Source: Phoronis australis
Taxonomy: Eukaryota; Animalia; Phoronida
DNA: 64,000 bases
Direction: 5' to 3'
Assembly: GCA_002633005.1 (NCBI GenBank)
Contig: NMRA01000098.1
Coordinates: 701,186-765,185 of the forward strand
Part shown: positions 12,193 to 24,719 of the stretch, piece after piece
How the letters are laid out: each line of letters starts with the position of its first letter
Position numbering within the stretch: position 1 is the stretch's first letter
Program-made: the position numbers and the translations under genes
Notes under the pieces: generated by a model
The model's input: the letters and a program-made list of their open reading frames with translations, nothing else
The model's database searches: none
What the model was told of the DNA's origin: nothing

Positions 12193-15100
12193 ATGGCTAC
12201 AACCCGAGCTCCAGAACAGTGGCCGCTCACTAAAAATGAGACCATTACTTCATTTGATAGCTGGAGGCAGAATTTATTATACATCCTTTCATTGGACCCT
12301 GGCTTTGCGCCATTTCTTGTCGACGGCGTTAGTTGGCTAAAAAACCGCTGCTCCACTGCGTGGTCTGATTGACGCCCCCGACGATACCCCTGAACCACAG
12401 CGGCGTTCTGCTCACATGAAACTGGCTCATTTAGAACTCATGCTGGGACAAATTGCTAATTTTTGTCCCGTCATATCCCGTAATGCTATCGTGAAGTCAT
12501 CCACCTCTGTCCAGGACATTTGGCAGAAAATCCGTCAACATTTCGGATTCGCTTCCACAGGAGCACATTTTTAGATCCAAATGAATGTCCTGAAGACCTA
12601 TTCCAGCGCCTCACTGCTTTTTTTGAGAATAACTTACTCACCGTTGGGCGTGGCCTAACGTATCATGGCGAAGCTGTCGACATCGACGAAGACATGACTC
12701 CCTCCCTCAAAAATACTATTGTTTTCTTATGGTTACAGATGTTCAACCCACGTTTACCCCAACTTGTTAAGCAACGATACGGTGCGGAGTTGCGCAACAA
12801 GTCCCTTGACTCCATCAAGACTGAAATTTCTCAAGCTATGAACTCACTACTTGATGAGCTTAGGTGCATCGAGGACACTTGTTTCATGCGCCGTAGAACC
12901 CCGTCGTGCGTCTTATGCACCACCGCCCGACGCATTCCCTCAGACCACTTCTTGTCTCGGTGCCCGTTCCTCCCGCCAAACGACAATCGCGCCTTTCTCA
13001 AGGCCTGGTCCACCGACGTTGACGAGGCCACCGAGGAGGACTTCGCTCAAGACACAATATCTTGCGAGCAGTACTGTCCTGACTCCGCTGTCCAGTCTCC
13101 TTATCTCGACACATTTGTTGGTCAAATCCCCCTGCGTTTGACATTTGATTGTGATACAACAGGAAACATGGTTAGCGCATCGTGTGCACGTTCGTTGGGC
13201 GCGAAAGTTCGTAAAAATTCCCAAACCGCCTTCCAGGCCGATGGTACATCTACTCTACAGGTTGTGGGGGAAACTCGACTTGTCTTCACACGTGACAAGC
13301 ATTCCTTCGTTTTTCGCGGTCTTGTTATCAAGTCTCTTGACGTAGACGTCTTGGCAGCAACCCCATTTATGACTTACAACGACATTTCAGTACGACCTGC
13401 TCGTAAGGTTATACACTTATGGCCAAGCCGTAAACCAATACCCGCGTCCCACAGCACGACTGTCCCACGTATTACATGCTCCACTTCACGCGACAGCCAT
13501 CTGGCCTGGTGATTGTCTTGAGTTGGAGGCCCCTGAAGAACATCTTGCAATCAAACCTCGCTGCGACAGCATTAGCCTTCGCTCAACGGGTGCTTCCCAG
13601 CTATGGCCACAACTCGGCATTCTTGCTCCGACTAATGGCAAGGTTCGCCTGTTCAACAACACCGATGAACCACGATTTTTGCGACGAGATAAACAGTTTT
13701 GCCAGGTTCACTCCTTCGGAGGTTCCATCTGGATCCCCGACAGCCACCCAATATACCTCATCCCCAAAAACTATCTTGGATCATCATCGCTTTGTTGCCG
13801 TTGATCCCGACAATATTCTGCATGTTGCAGATCGGGACAGGTTCCACGCCCTCCATCGCGAATTTGCTCATGTATTTGATCCGCAATACCCCGGGTATAA
13901 CGGCGCCGCAGGCCTGTTTGAGGCCGTTGTCAAAATGGGTCCTACGCAACCTCCACAGAGGAAAGGTCGCCCCCCAATACTCCAAGGACAAGCTCCTGGA
14001 ATTGCAGCAAAAATTCAACGAGCTGGAGCTCCTGGGAGTATTCGCCCGTCCAGAGGATGTTGGTATTACAGCAGAATATCTTAATCCCTTGTTTCTAGTC
14101 AAGAAGCCCCACGGAGGTTTTCGTTTAGTTACAGCATTTTCAGACGTCGGCCGGTACGCTAAGCCCCAACCATCTCTCATGCCTGACGTAGATTCCGTGC
14201 TTCGGAAGATTGCTCAATGGAAGTTCATCATCAAGACTGATCTTACGAGTGCCTTCTATCAAATTCCTTTTTCACGAGAGTCCATGAAATATTGTGGCGT
14301 ATCCACACCTTTCCGAGGTATCCGTGGCTACGCACGCTGCGCCATGGGTATGTCCGGTTCGGAAACCGCTTTGGAAGAGTTGACGTGTCGTGTATTGGGA
14401 GAGCTTTTGAAAGAAAGAACCGTCACCAAGCTTGCTGACGACCTATACTGTGGTGGTCAGACTATCACAGACTTGATTACCAACTGGAAAAGGGCGCTAT
14501 ATGCATTATCCACGTCGGATCTCCGTCTATCTTCTACAAAGACGGTCATAGCCCTACGACGCACAGAAGTCCTCAGCTGGATTTGGGAGATGGCTACTTT
14601 ACAAGCTAGCTCACATCGGATAGCTGCTCTCTCGTCTTGTCCCAGACCTGGTACTGTTCGGCAAATGAGATCCTTCATCGGAGCCTTGAAAGCTATGTCG
14701 AGAGTCCTGCCTTAGGCCTACTGTGCTTCTTTCATCGCCCCACTGCACTCCGCTATATCGAGATGCGATTCCAAAGACCGCATTACCTAGACCAATGAGT
14801 TACATGTTGCCTTCACCTCAGCCCAAAAGGCATTGTCCATGCATGAAACTATCACATTACCCAGACAGGGCGACCAGCTGTGGATAGTCACGGATGCCTC
14901 CGCCGAACACCCGGGCATCGCTGGTACACTATATCTCTCTCTTGAGGACACGCCACGTGTCTGCGGGTTCTTCAGTGCGAAACTGAAATCACGTCAGGTT
15001 ACTTGGCTCCCATGCGAAATTGAAGCTCTCGCCATTTGCTGCTTTTGTGAAACAAATTAGCCCTTATCTGATTCAGTCAGCGTATCCTGCTATCATACTT

Positions 15101-16830
15101 ACTGACAGCAAGCCTGGTGTACAAGCTTTCGAGAAACTCTGCAGGGGCGAATTCTCAGTCAGTCCTTGCGTGTCGACGTTTCTCTCCACCGTTTCTCGCT
15201 ATCAGGCTATCGTTCGTCACGTATCTGGTGTCACTAACATCGTCTCCGACTGTGTGGTGCTCCGTGCGACTGCTGCCGAGGTCCTTCAGGGAGAACACAA
15301 ACTTCCGTTCACCACGAGGTCATCTTGGTTATCCATTCAGTCCCAGTCTCCCAAGTTACGGCGAGTACATTCTCATCTCAACCAAGGGACGCGGCCTTCC
15401 AAGAGAGACACCAACGCTCGAGATGTCAAACGCTATCTCAACGTCGCCACTATCGCGTCAAATGGTTTACTTGTGGCTCGGCGAGACAAGCTTCTCGTCG
15501 CTCGTGAAGAACGCATCATCGTTCCACATCCCATCTTGGACGGCGTACTCACGGCACTTCATTTACGGCTGGATCACCCCACCTCCCATCAACTGAAACT
15601 TGTCACCTAACGATACTTCTTTGCGCTTGGTTTAGAGTCTGCCATTGATCGTTGCACACTCATGTGCCATCATTGTTCTTCAATGCGCTCTTTCCCCAAA
15701 ACCACGACCCTGCAGAGTACCTCTGATACACCTGCGACCGTTGGGACGTTGTTTGCAGCTGACGTCATGAAGAGCGAGCGACAGCTGATTTTGGTACTCC
15801 GATAGTGCGTCTCGTCTTACACAGTGGCTTGTATCATTGCTACTGAACGCCACGAGGATCTTCGAAATGGTATTCTCCAAATGTATCTCGAAATGCGCTT
15901 GTTAGACGGCCCTCGTGCAGTTATCTGTACAGATCCGGCTTCGGGTTTCCAGGCTCTTCAAAAGGACAAACTCCTAGAACATCATCGCATTTCAATTGAG
16001 ATCGGACACATTAAGAATCCCAACCATAACCCTGTTGCAGAGAAGGCCATACAGGAGTTGTCACACGAGTTACTGCGTGATCAGCATGGCGCCGGCAATG
16101 TCAGTTTCCTTCAGCTGGTCGTTGCAGTTGCTCGATTGAACAGCCGCCTTCGATCCACCGGATTGTCTGCCAGAGAAATGTGGTTTCAGCGCGACCAGTT
16201 CACCAATTGCCAAATACCAGCTCATGACAACTTGTTGATCTCTTCCCAACGACAACGGCGCTTCATCAACCATGGACCCAGTGCACGATCCAAGGCTCCC
16301 TTGGCCAAGCAGTCAGTAGAATGCGACGCATCCATCAGCGATCTCGTTTACCTCTACTCTGATAGGGACAAGACCAGAGCCCGACCACGATACCTCGTGG
16401 TTGCTTCGGATGGCATGTGGTTAAGTGTTCGGAAATTTTCTGGAGATCAGTTACGTAATGCTTCTTACCGTGTCAAAAGCAGCGAGTGTTACCGTGTTCC
16501 GTCAGAGATTACTGACATTCCAGCTGCATCACCTGTCACTGCCCCTTGTGGCCACGGTGACGGCGACGAGTTCCCACCGTCTTCCGCTGTTCCAGTATCC
16601 GTTTCATCGTTTCCCTCGTCCTGCGATCCAGCTCCATGGTCCAACGACGGTGTACTACCTTCACGTGGCCCACTTGCCGCCCCAGCTGTGCCATCCACCA
16701 TCGTTCCTCCCCCTGATGCATCCCGCCAGCCTGTTCTACGACAACGTCTGCTGTTGAACCCCCCCCCGTCTACCCTGCTCATCCAGAGGTCCAGAGAAGA
16801 TCGCAACGGCAGCGCCACAAATTTCATTGG
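12193..16830 (+). pseudogene. Disrupted gag-pol polyprotein of the LTR retrotransposon
   Basis: ORF fragments 12520-13512 (gag/protease), 13699-14715 (RT), 14833-15610 (RNase H and integrase N-terminus) and 15824-16951 (integrase) lie in shifting frames. Confidence 0.88.
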
Positions 16831-16985
16831 CAAACGGACGATTGGCTTTATGACTGATTTTACTTCGTACTATGTTCACACCATAGTAACTGGGAATCTT
16901 ATTAGCACTGCGTTTACTATTTTTGTTTTCTATTACCCGTTCTTAGTGTAAATTTACCTAATTTTTGTGACAGAAGAGGCAATCA

Positions 16986-17107
16986 CGCAATTGCATTGTT
17001 TTCGTACGACTGTGTTTGGTGGGAGCCCTTCCGGTTTCGCCTCGTTGTATTGTCGGCTGCAAATTAAACTCGTTAAACTTACAACTCATTGTCTAGTTCA
17101 TCTGTCA
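16986..17107 (+). repeat. 3' LTR (122 bp)
   Basis: Direct repeat of 12060-12179, preceded by a polypurine tract. Confidence 0.88.
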
Positions 17108-20040
17108 CCGAAACCATGTGCAAATCAGATTGACGAGTGACTTTCACCAAACGAGAAAACCGGTTATCGTGATTCCACCAGCAGAACCAACTCTGCCGAA
17201 CGGATCACCTGATATCACCGCTAAACTTCCAACTTATGAACCAATGGTCCCGACTTCCCTGAGAGAAACCCAGTTGTGACAGGTGGACGTCCACCATCTC
17301 CTTTTGGTGATCGTACCACAGACATGGGACCAAGACGACTGAAGTACTCTTAATAGAAGAACTCCATCATAACTTCATTACTATGTGCACTAAATGGACT
17401 GACTATATCGACATAAGTGTTTAAGGACTTTATTTTTTCGCGTTGATATTTCCTTAGCTTTCTTAAAGTATTGAGAGCGTTGCGTGATAGTTTCAGTGTA
17501 GTTAGTTTACTTAGTTTCCGATAGGTGACCAAATCTCGTTCGATATAAATGTTCAAGATGAATTTTAAAAAATCCTCTTACAGTTCTCGAAATTATCATT
17601 TCGTTTTCGTTTTGTACAACGTTTGGGGGTTTTCACAAAAACGTAGAAAATTTCAAAAACAGTTCCTAGCAGCATTTTGTAAAGCGGTGCACAAACAATG
17701 ACAAGTAAAAGTTTCACATCAATTCAATGAGATTTCTAAGATATAATGTTTCGAAATTTGCCAAATTTGGCCATTTTTCTAGAGTCCTACATAACCTCAA
17801 TGGTCGTTTTAATCCATCCATAGAACTCTAGCCCTGGAACGTCAACTCCTATCTCATATACGTAGAGTTCCGACGTGTGTACTTGCTATGGAATTCATTG
17901 CCATTACAACTTTTCGCAACTCTGCCGTTTTTCGAGCAAATTGCATACTGAGAGCTCCTTTTCAGTTCTTTATGATTATACCAGAAGCAAAAGATAAATA
18001 ATTTAATTTATAAGTAACTTTTCGCATACCTGACTGGTTGAAAAATATTTTTATTCTTAAAACCATGAGTGTTATCAAAATGCAAAAATAACCACGTGCA
18101 AGGGTAAAATAAAAAGGAAATGAACCAGAGAGGTTATATAAAGGACTAGTTAAGGGATTGGAGAAATAATTTCAATGATTCAAAAAAATTCTACTTAATA
18201 AAGACAAAGATTTTAGAATATGGACCCCTCACACTCAAAATTATTTAGTGAGGCATGCATCCAAAATTATAATAATAATTGGACTTTGAGTGGCGTTTGA
18301 CACAATTACATACTTCAGTAAAAATTCAAAGTGCAGTGATATTTTCGAAAAATGCAATAAGCTACTCCAAGAATCTATCCGAAATTTGTAGATAAAGATT
18401 TTCTGATGAATAAAAATTGAGCAAACATATATCATGTACCTTTTAAATGTACAGCGGATAGCTCATCACATTGGTTGCAGTGTATGACTTTCCATAAAAG
18501 TTAAGAAATAATCCATTTCTTCAGAAACTAAAACTGAGTTAGTAATTATGTTACATGTAGTGTGTATAACCGTGAACAAAGAGACAATGGAACACATTTT
18601 TACTATTGTTATGTTACTAAAGAAAGTGAACTATGAAAAATAACAATATTCGTAAAAATAAACGTTAGTTTGAACACCTGTAACACTGTTATCACGGTCT
18701 ACACTCACGAATCAACGAAAAAACGGAACAACTGGATTGAAAAGCGGGACTTCAGGATAAAAAGCCGGACACATGGGTCTAAGCCAAAAGGTCACTGGTT
18801 CACTGCATGATTAGCCCAGCGAGCACGCAGGTATCACGCAGTGACACGCGCTTTAGCATTGTAACCTCGGCAGTCTTTGTGGTTAGCTTTACAACACCGT
18901 GAAAAAATGGCGGATTGTGAACGATTTTTAGCCTTGTCATGCAAGTGGCGTCGCAGCAACTATTTCGTTTCTGCAGTGATGTTTAATAGCCGCGTGCTTG
19001 AAGCACATATATGTACAATAAACACATCTGTCCGATTTAACCGGTGTGTTATTCATACTGTATGAATACAGTGCACTGTGGTAAACAAAAGTCATCGATA
19101 GTAGAAAGATGCATTCCGAAAAGGCGCAATCACAATTTCTAGACTTCACATTTCCTGACCATAAATTTTAAGCACAGATTTGTCTGTATAACAGACCACA
19201 TTTTACACTTCAGTCAATCAGTCATGCCAGTTTGTTTGCGTAAAGAGCTGCCTATTGAGAATTCGACTAGCCAATCAGAAATGCCGGTGTAAAAACTTCC
19301 CGAGAAAAATTAAGTGATACCTGCAAAGACGTTTACGGTCTCTGATATCTGCGTGCTGGCGAGACTACCGCCCCACCTAGTGGCACGCAGGGAACCAGCG
19401 AGAGCCAAGAGGTAAGGGTGAAATGTTCGCTGCAACAAGCAACCACGTACCAAAAGCGTTATTTTTGCAGAACGGGAGATGTAACACTCAAAAATGACAG
19501 GTAGCATTTCTTGTTGCTTTTTGGTAGTTGAATGGGAAATTTCAGGTAACACAAAGCCCACGCAAGTTCCCGTTTTATTCTTTTTTGTCGAGCGGGAAAA
19601 CATAGCTATGTCAAGTAAAATGTGACGATAAGTCAATTTGGCCGTTTACCAAAAAGAGGGACATTAAGATGGTGTGGCAGGACGGCGGAAAAAATCTAAA
19701 AAGTGGCACCAGGATCAGGGCAACAGGAAAATACACGGTACGCTGTCAGCAACACAAAATACTCAATTGGGTTCTTTTATAAGGTGAACTTCTTATTTTT
19801 TAAAATTAAAATTTCATTTCACGGATATAGGAAAATAATAAAAATAACAGTAAGCCTACTTCTCAGAAATGGAATTGGCAAATACGGCATCTGGGCGATA
19901 GTTAAACATTACACAAATGAATAATTATCGAAACAACTGAAAACATTAATAATACGTGTAAATATCATCTGTTTTCAGTGATTCACCTCACTGAAAAAGA
20001 GAGCGGATTGAACAGGATAAACTACTTGCAATTAATAATA

Positions 20041-20054
20041 CGCACACGCACACA

Positions 20055-20098
<44 letters not shown>

Positions 20099-20100
20099 CT
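20041..20100. repeat. (GCAC)n microsatellite
   Basis: Direct reading; a second, shorter tract lies at 34640-34672. Confidence 0.9.
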
Positions 20101-20938
20101 CACGTGTCTTCCGATCACGCCACCCTCATCATTTAGAGAACTGCCTCCTGTTCAGTAACGCTAGGACCTCGCTAAAAAGCAAGACTTTGCGAGATTACGT
20201 GAGATATTGCCGTGCATTTTAAACGAGAACACGTGACTTTGACTAGGTCTTAGCTAGGTCCTAGCGTACATGTAGGTCCTAGCGTCTATTGAACGCACAC
20301 CTGGTCTTTCTTATCTGGCCACGCCGGTGTCTTGAGTGTAGTGCACTAGTCAAATGCTGACAGGCAACGTCAGCCCTTCTGTTGTCACGGAGATGGTCTG
20401 TGGAGGGGATTACGGCACAGCATATCCCCAATGATCCTGTCCGTGACAGGTATTACAACCGGGTATTGCACGCACGCATGCATCATGCACGCACGCATAC
20501 ATTTAGATAGGCAGTTATGAGTAATTTTGCAAAAGTTACGTAAATACACGAGTTTCAAGGCCTAAACCTTTCATTAAGGACAAGTGTAACTTATTCGCGT
20601 GAAACACTGTAGCGGGATTTTAACCATTACAGCGTCCTGTCGTTCAGCAACTTTTCCAGACGTGAGGGGTGCTGAACGTGCGATAATATCTGGCTTAACT
20701 TAACTTTCATTTTCATCAGCCCACCCCAGTCAGGCTAGATACGTTCTGATCGGAGATTAGAGCAATTATCAAACAAAAGAGCGCAGCCCCTCCAACCATC
20801 AACGCCAGATTGGAGTTAACTGGCTACGGGGGGTAAACTTCCCAACTTGTTGTTGGGCTATACAATCGAACAAGTTGGGAGCAACGGGATGTCGCCGCCA
20901 TGACCCAGAGATGTCTTGTTGAAAAAGTCTTGCATGTA

Positions 20939-21215
20939 CAATGGCGGACCTAGGATACCATAAGCGGGGGGGCAACATGCTGTCTCGGGGAATTGGGCAA
21001 AGCGCGATTGTATGTGCAGCACAGGCCCGAAGGTGCGGGAGCCGGGTATGTGAAGTTTCTGTTCGTAAAACCTACCGGTGGACTAAAAAAAGAGCTGTAC
21101 CGCCTTCTCCGCGTCCTAGTTGCTTATTCCATATTTCCTCGCGCTCGCTTCACGCTTTTGCTGTTCCAGCCAAGGAGGGGGGGGGGGCCTGGCCCCACCC
21201 CTAAATCCGCCTAGG
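20939..21215. mobile_element. MITE with 5-bp TSD
   Basis: Imperfect TIR C...GGCGGA..TAGG/CCTA..TCCGCC...G; TSD ATGTA; internal poly-G run. Confidence 0.65.
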
Positions 21216-23326
21216 ATGTAGTATGATATGTTTTTGAATGTTGTTCTGCGAGTAGAGCTGACAAGATATCAAAGCCAAACTACTCCCGGCATCCACCAGA
21301 AGGCCAAATATCGGTGCTTATTAAGAATGATCAGTGTAATTGCCGGGTGTGCTGACTAAGTTTGCCGAGTAGTCGATGATGTACGGAAACGTATCTCAAG
21401 AGTGTCACTTGACGAACAATAATAACAAAATAAAAATGAAAATTAAACAACGAAACCAGGCTTCATTTGATAACTACAACTCTCGGTCAAAACTCGTGCA
21501 AGCAGTCGGAAATTCTCACTACAAACTCTCGCGGCTTCTCTCAGGGTCGCAACCTCTAGTACTAGAATACATTGGTCACGATGTGCAGGAGTTGGCATTC
21601 CGGGGCTTGAGTTCTATGATACGTCTCAGTGGAATACAAAAATCCCTTGGAAATTTTATCTCGGTGTTTTGTTATTTGCATGGGCGCATTTTTGGCATCT
21701 AAAAATGTAATCGAGAAAATAAGAGAGATAAAAGATGCGCTGCGCCCATAGTGAACATCGTTCCGGAAACACTTTTGGGAGCGCAGTTGCACATAGTTTC
21801 GGTTCTAGTCCAACAGCTGTTTTCTTCTTTTTACGACGTAAAAATATTTTTTCGGTGAAAAGTGGGCATCATAAGTGGTCAACATCTGGACGAAGTTCAC
21901 AAGATATGTTCAATACCTTACAAATAGTACTATTAATCTTCTCTCTAAGTTGTGTTCGCACCCTATTCAAGAGCATGTGAAAATTTTACAATCGAGTTAT
22001 TTAGGTGTATTTCACTTTTACCATTAACTGGACTGTAATAACATCACTTTTCAAATTTTTGGCTCAATTAAATTCAAAGACAGCATTGCGACTTCAAGTT
22101 TTCAAGCCTGTAAAAGTAAACATACATTTTGTGCTAATTTTTTCTTTTCAAAATAAAATTAAGACTCTTCCTGGCACGTAATCTGAAGTAAAAAAGAGTT
22201 AATAAAACGAAATAAAAATTCTTTTAAGACACAAAAAACTGTCAAAAATTACCAGTCTGAATGTTCAACTAAGCTCTTACCCGATCAAAACGCAGCTCTG
22301 CCAGAGTCCAGGTACCAGTGAGAGGAACTGTTAGCCGCTTGAACTGCCGAGGGGCCTGTCTTTTAGCGCAGGGACATGAGTGAGACAAGTGTGAATGCTG
22401 TTTCACTGACTATTCTGCTTCTGCGGCGCGTGCGTTCGATTCGGCTTTTTAACTAACGGCGATATGTTACGTATGTACTTCATAATTATCTTTTGCGTGT
22501 ATTCCAATAATATTACTTCGTTTATCTTGACTAAACGCTTTTCACTGTGTGTCACGTAACGCCTACAAAGTATCACGAGAGCGATTAATTAATCCGTGAA
22601 CCATTGTTTACACGACGGCCAGATAACGGATTGATCGCTTGCCAGGAATCTTTTCGTTCACGAAAAATGATGCAGCGGAGGATTCTCGACTACCTTCCAA
22701 GGAAAGTAATTTTGACGGAACGATGTTGTATTAAATTAAAAGGTGCATCAACTCTTTGGTTGAAACACCTTACTTACATTGTACTTACTGAATCAGACTG
22801 GTTTGCTTTCCTTACGTCAGCATACTCGGGCGCGGATCCAAGGAGGAAGAGGTCCAGAGGTCCGGTGGCCGGATGCATGAAACAGTCCCAAAATCCACTG
22901 CGTATTTGCGGGCTTGTGAAAACACTGATTGTCATATCTTATGCTGTTTGGGTATCATCAGTATGCCAATTTTTCACTTTGATACAAATTCAGAATGAAC
23001 TTTACATTGAATTCTCAATATTATTGTAAATAAGTAGAGATCTTTTCATGCAACGCCTCGAATTTAAGGACTGAGTCCTTAACTGTTTTGACTTAATTAA
23101 GGGTTAAGTTTTATTGATATTATTAGAAAATGCCATTAGTCAAAGAAGAGCTCATAATAAAGATAAAGTTATAGAAAAAATATTACATCTGTGCCTAAAG
23201 AACGATACAAATGCTAATATTGTGGTATAAGAAACTTTATACCACAATATTAGCCTCGAATGGCAGATACAACCGTGTAATAACCCATAAAGTTATTTCA
23301 CTAGTGAGATAACATTTTGGCGGGAA

Positions 23327-23395
23327 ACCGAGGCCGGATTCGAACCCGGGCCTCAACAGTTGCGAGTCGCCGACTTTACCACTACACCACTCAGC
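23327..23395 (-). ncRNA. tRNA-like sequence (pseudo-tRNA or SINE head; CGC/Ala-like anticodon loop)
   Basis: GCTGAG-TGGTGTAGTGG (A box) ... CTCGCAA loop ... GGTTCGAATCC (B box) ... CTCGGT; the stems are imperfect. Confidence 0.55.
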
Positions 23396-23930
23396 GTCAA
23401 CGAACATGAAAATAGAATACTTAAATGAGCACGCGCAACAATCGCATGTTCAGCAAAGGGCATTGCACCGACCACGGACATTTATAGGCCATGAAAAATA
23501 AGACGCATAATTTCCATAAAAACGATATTTTAATTCAGTGAAATTTTTCTCTCGTGTTCTCTCACCTGTAAATCACCAATCTCCAATTTGAATGCGGGTA
23601 TCGTGTCGTCAGGATCCTTTGACTTGAGCATTAAAGTCAGTTACTAGTGGTAACCTACTTTAGCAGACGATATTTTCCCGATCGAAGCTTAACGTGATAA
23701 AATGTGTAGTAAGCTATAATAGTTGCTAAACCTTAATTTATAGATTCACTTTATTTCTATTTTGTTTAAATTTTCAATTGCTTTTGAGTATAAGTATTAT
23801 TTGACAAAAATAGCTCGGCTTTTCTTAAAAGGTCACGACCTCCGACCCCGGGCCTCTGACATAGAAAGTAGTTACAAAGCCATGGAGAGTCAGAAAAGGT
23901 AAATCGATTCATTGCAATGTTTCTCGTTTA

Positions 23931-24119
23931 GTATGTGGTATAAATAGATTATTACATGTTCTCAGCTGTTATCCCCCTTATCAAAAGCCCGAGTGGATTT
24001 TGGAGAATTATCACCCTCGGGGCTAACGCCCCTCGGGCGATAATTCTCCACAATCCACTCGGGCGCTAGATAACGGGGGATAACGACTTCGCCATGTAAT
24101 ATCTATATTTATCCCATAC
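23931..24119. repeat. Long foldback inverted repeat
   Basis: The core at 23968-24084 forms a near-perfect stem of about 55 bp around a TAAC loop; the outer arms GTATG.G.TAAATA..TATTACATG also pair. Confidence 0.8.
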
Positions 24120-24156
24120 GCGTTGAATCTGTCGAGGGAAACACGGCCATGTAATA

Positions 24157-24371
24157 CATTCCCGCACCCAGCGTTCAGGGCAGACTAAAAGAACGAAAAA
24201 GAAAAAAACAGGAGCACCTCTGTGAATTGCGCGTTTGCCCTTATTTATTGGGCTTTTGTCCCATTTTCTCGGACTTTTTATCTCTCCGGGGCGGACCTTT
24301 TTTGCCACTTTGCCAATTGGGGGGGGGGGGGGGGGGNCGAGACCCCCGAGCCTCCACTGGGTGCGCGCATG
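24157..24371. mobile_element. MITE with CA..TG ends and 5-bp TSD
   Basis: TIR CAT...CGCACCCAG/CTGGGTGCG...ATG; TSD TAATA; internal poly-G run. Confidence 0.7.
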
Positions 24372-24719
24372 TAATAAAGTTTGCCGTATTCACCTTCCGC
24401 ACTACTTCAATAGTGACCTCTGACATGGAAAGTTCAAAAGGTAGGTCGATGTCTTCAGCCGGTTCGATAGTCTAACTTTCCGAATATAGTTTAAAGTAAT
24501 ACAGTTGCAGCAGTGTAACTAACACTCGACATGCAACCAGGCCCTAAACGTAAAATCTGGAACAAAACTGTTAATTATAAGACACTTATATCTCAGTTTT
24601 TAATTGCTGAATACTAAATCGTCTGCAACTCAAGGCGCCGATTCCTAGAAAACTAAAATACCAAATGTTGTTTTTTAACTAGTTCCAGGAGATGCAGAAT
24701 AGCAACTTGATGAACAGAG

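Larger units (their letters stand above)
12060..17107 (+). mobile_element. Full-length but decayed LTR retrotransposon, Troyka-type (gypsy-like PR-RT-RH-IN order)
   Basis: 5' LTR 12060-12179 (CGCCA...TGGCG) and 3' LTR 16986-17107 (CGCAA...TGTCA), about 90% identical. PBS TGGTGGTAGCG at 12180-12190; PPT AGAAGAGG at 16972-16979; flanks TCG/CCG. Gag starts at ATG 12193 ([32 protein letters not shown]). Other motifs: knuckle [17 protein letters not shown], RNase [21 protein letters not shown], integrase HLRLDHP..CHHC, TDPASGF, NPVAEKAIQEL. Many frameshifts and stop codons. Confidence 0.9.
11008..17352 (+). mobile_element. Older, internally deleted Ty3/Gypsy remnant (11008-12059 and 17111-17352) that hosts the Troyka-type insertion
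   Basis: Gag fragments DNWEIFKQK, EQFLTEIRLL and KETQRRLRREPTLTLEKCI; knuckle-like DCLAWGKTC..HFASK; protease-like GPGADIDIV; integrase tail WTLGIILEKLSNRTYVVQ continuing after the insertion as RNHVQIRL. Confidence 0.72.

Noticed and set aside
20383-20450. pre-miRNA-like hairpin TGTCACGGA...TCCGTGACA
   Set aside because: Only two short stems with a large internal loop, no miRNA seed I recognise, and it sits among repeat debris
23327-23395. Functional tRNA-Ala(CGC) gene
   Set aside because: The acceptor, anticodon and T stems contain mismatches; kept only as tRNA-like
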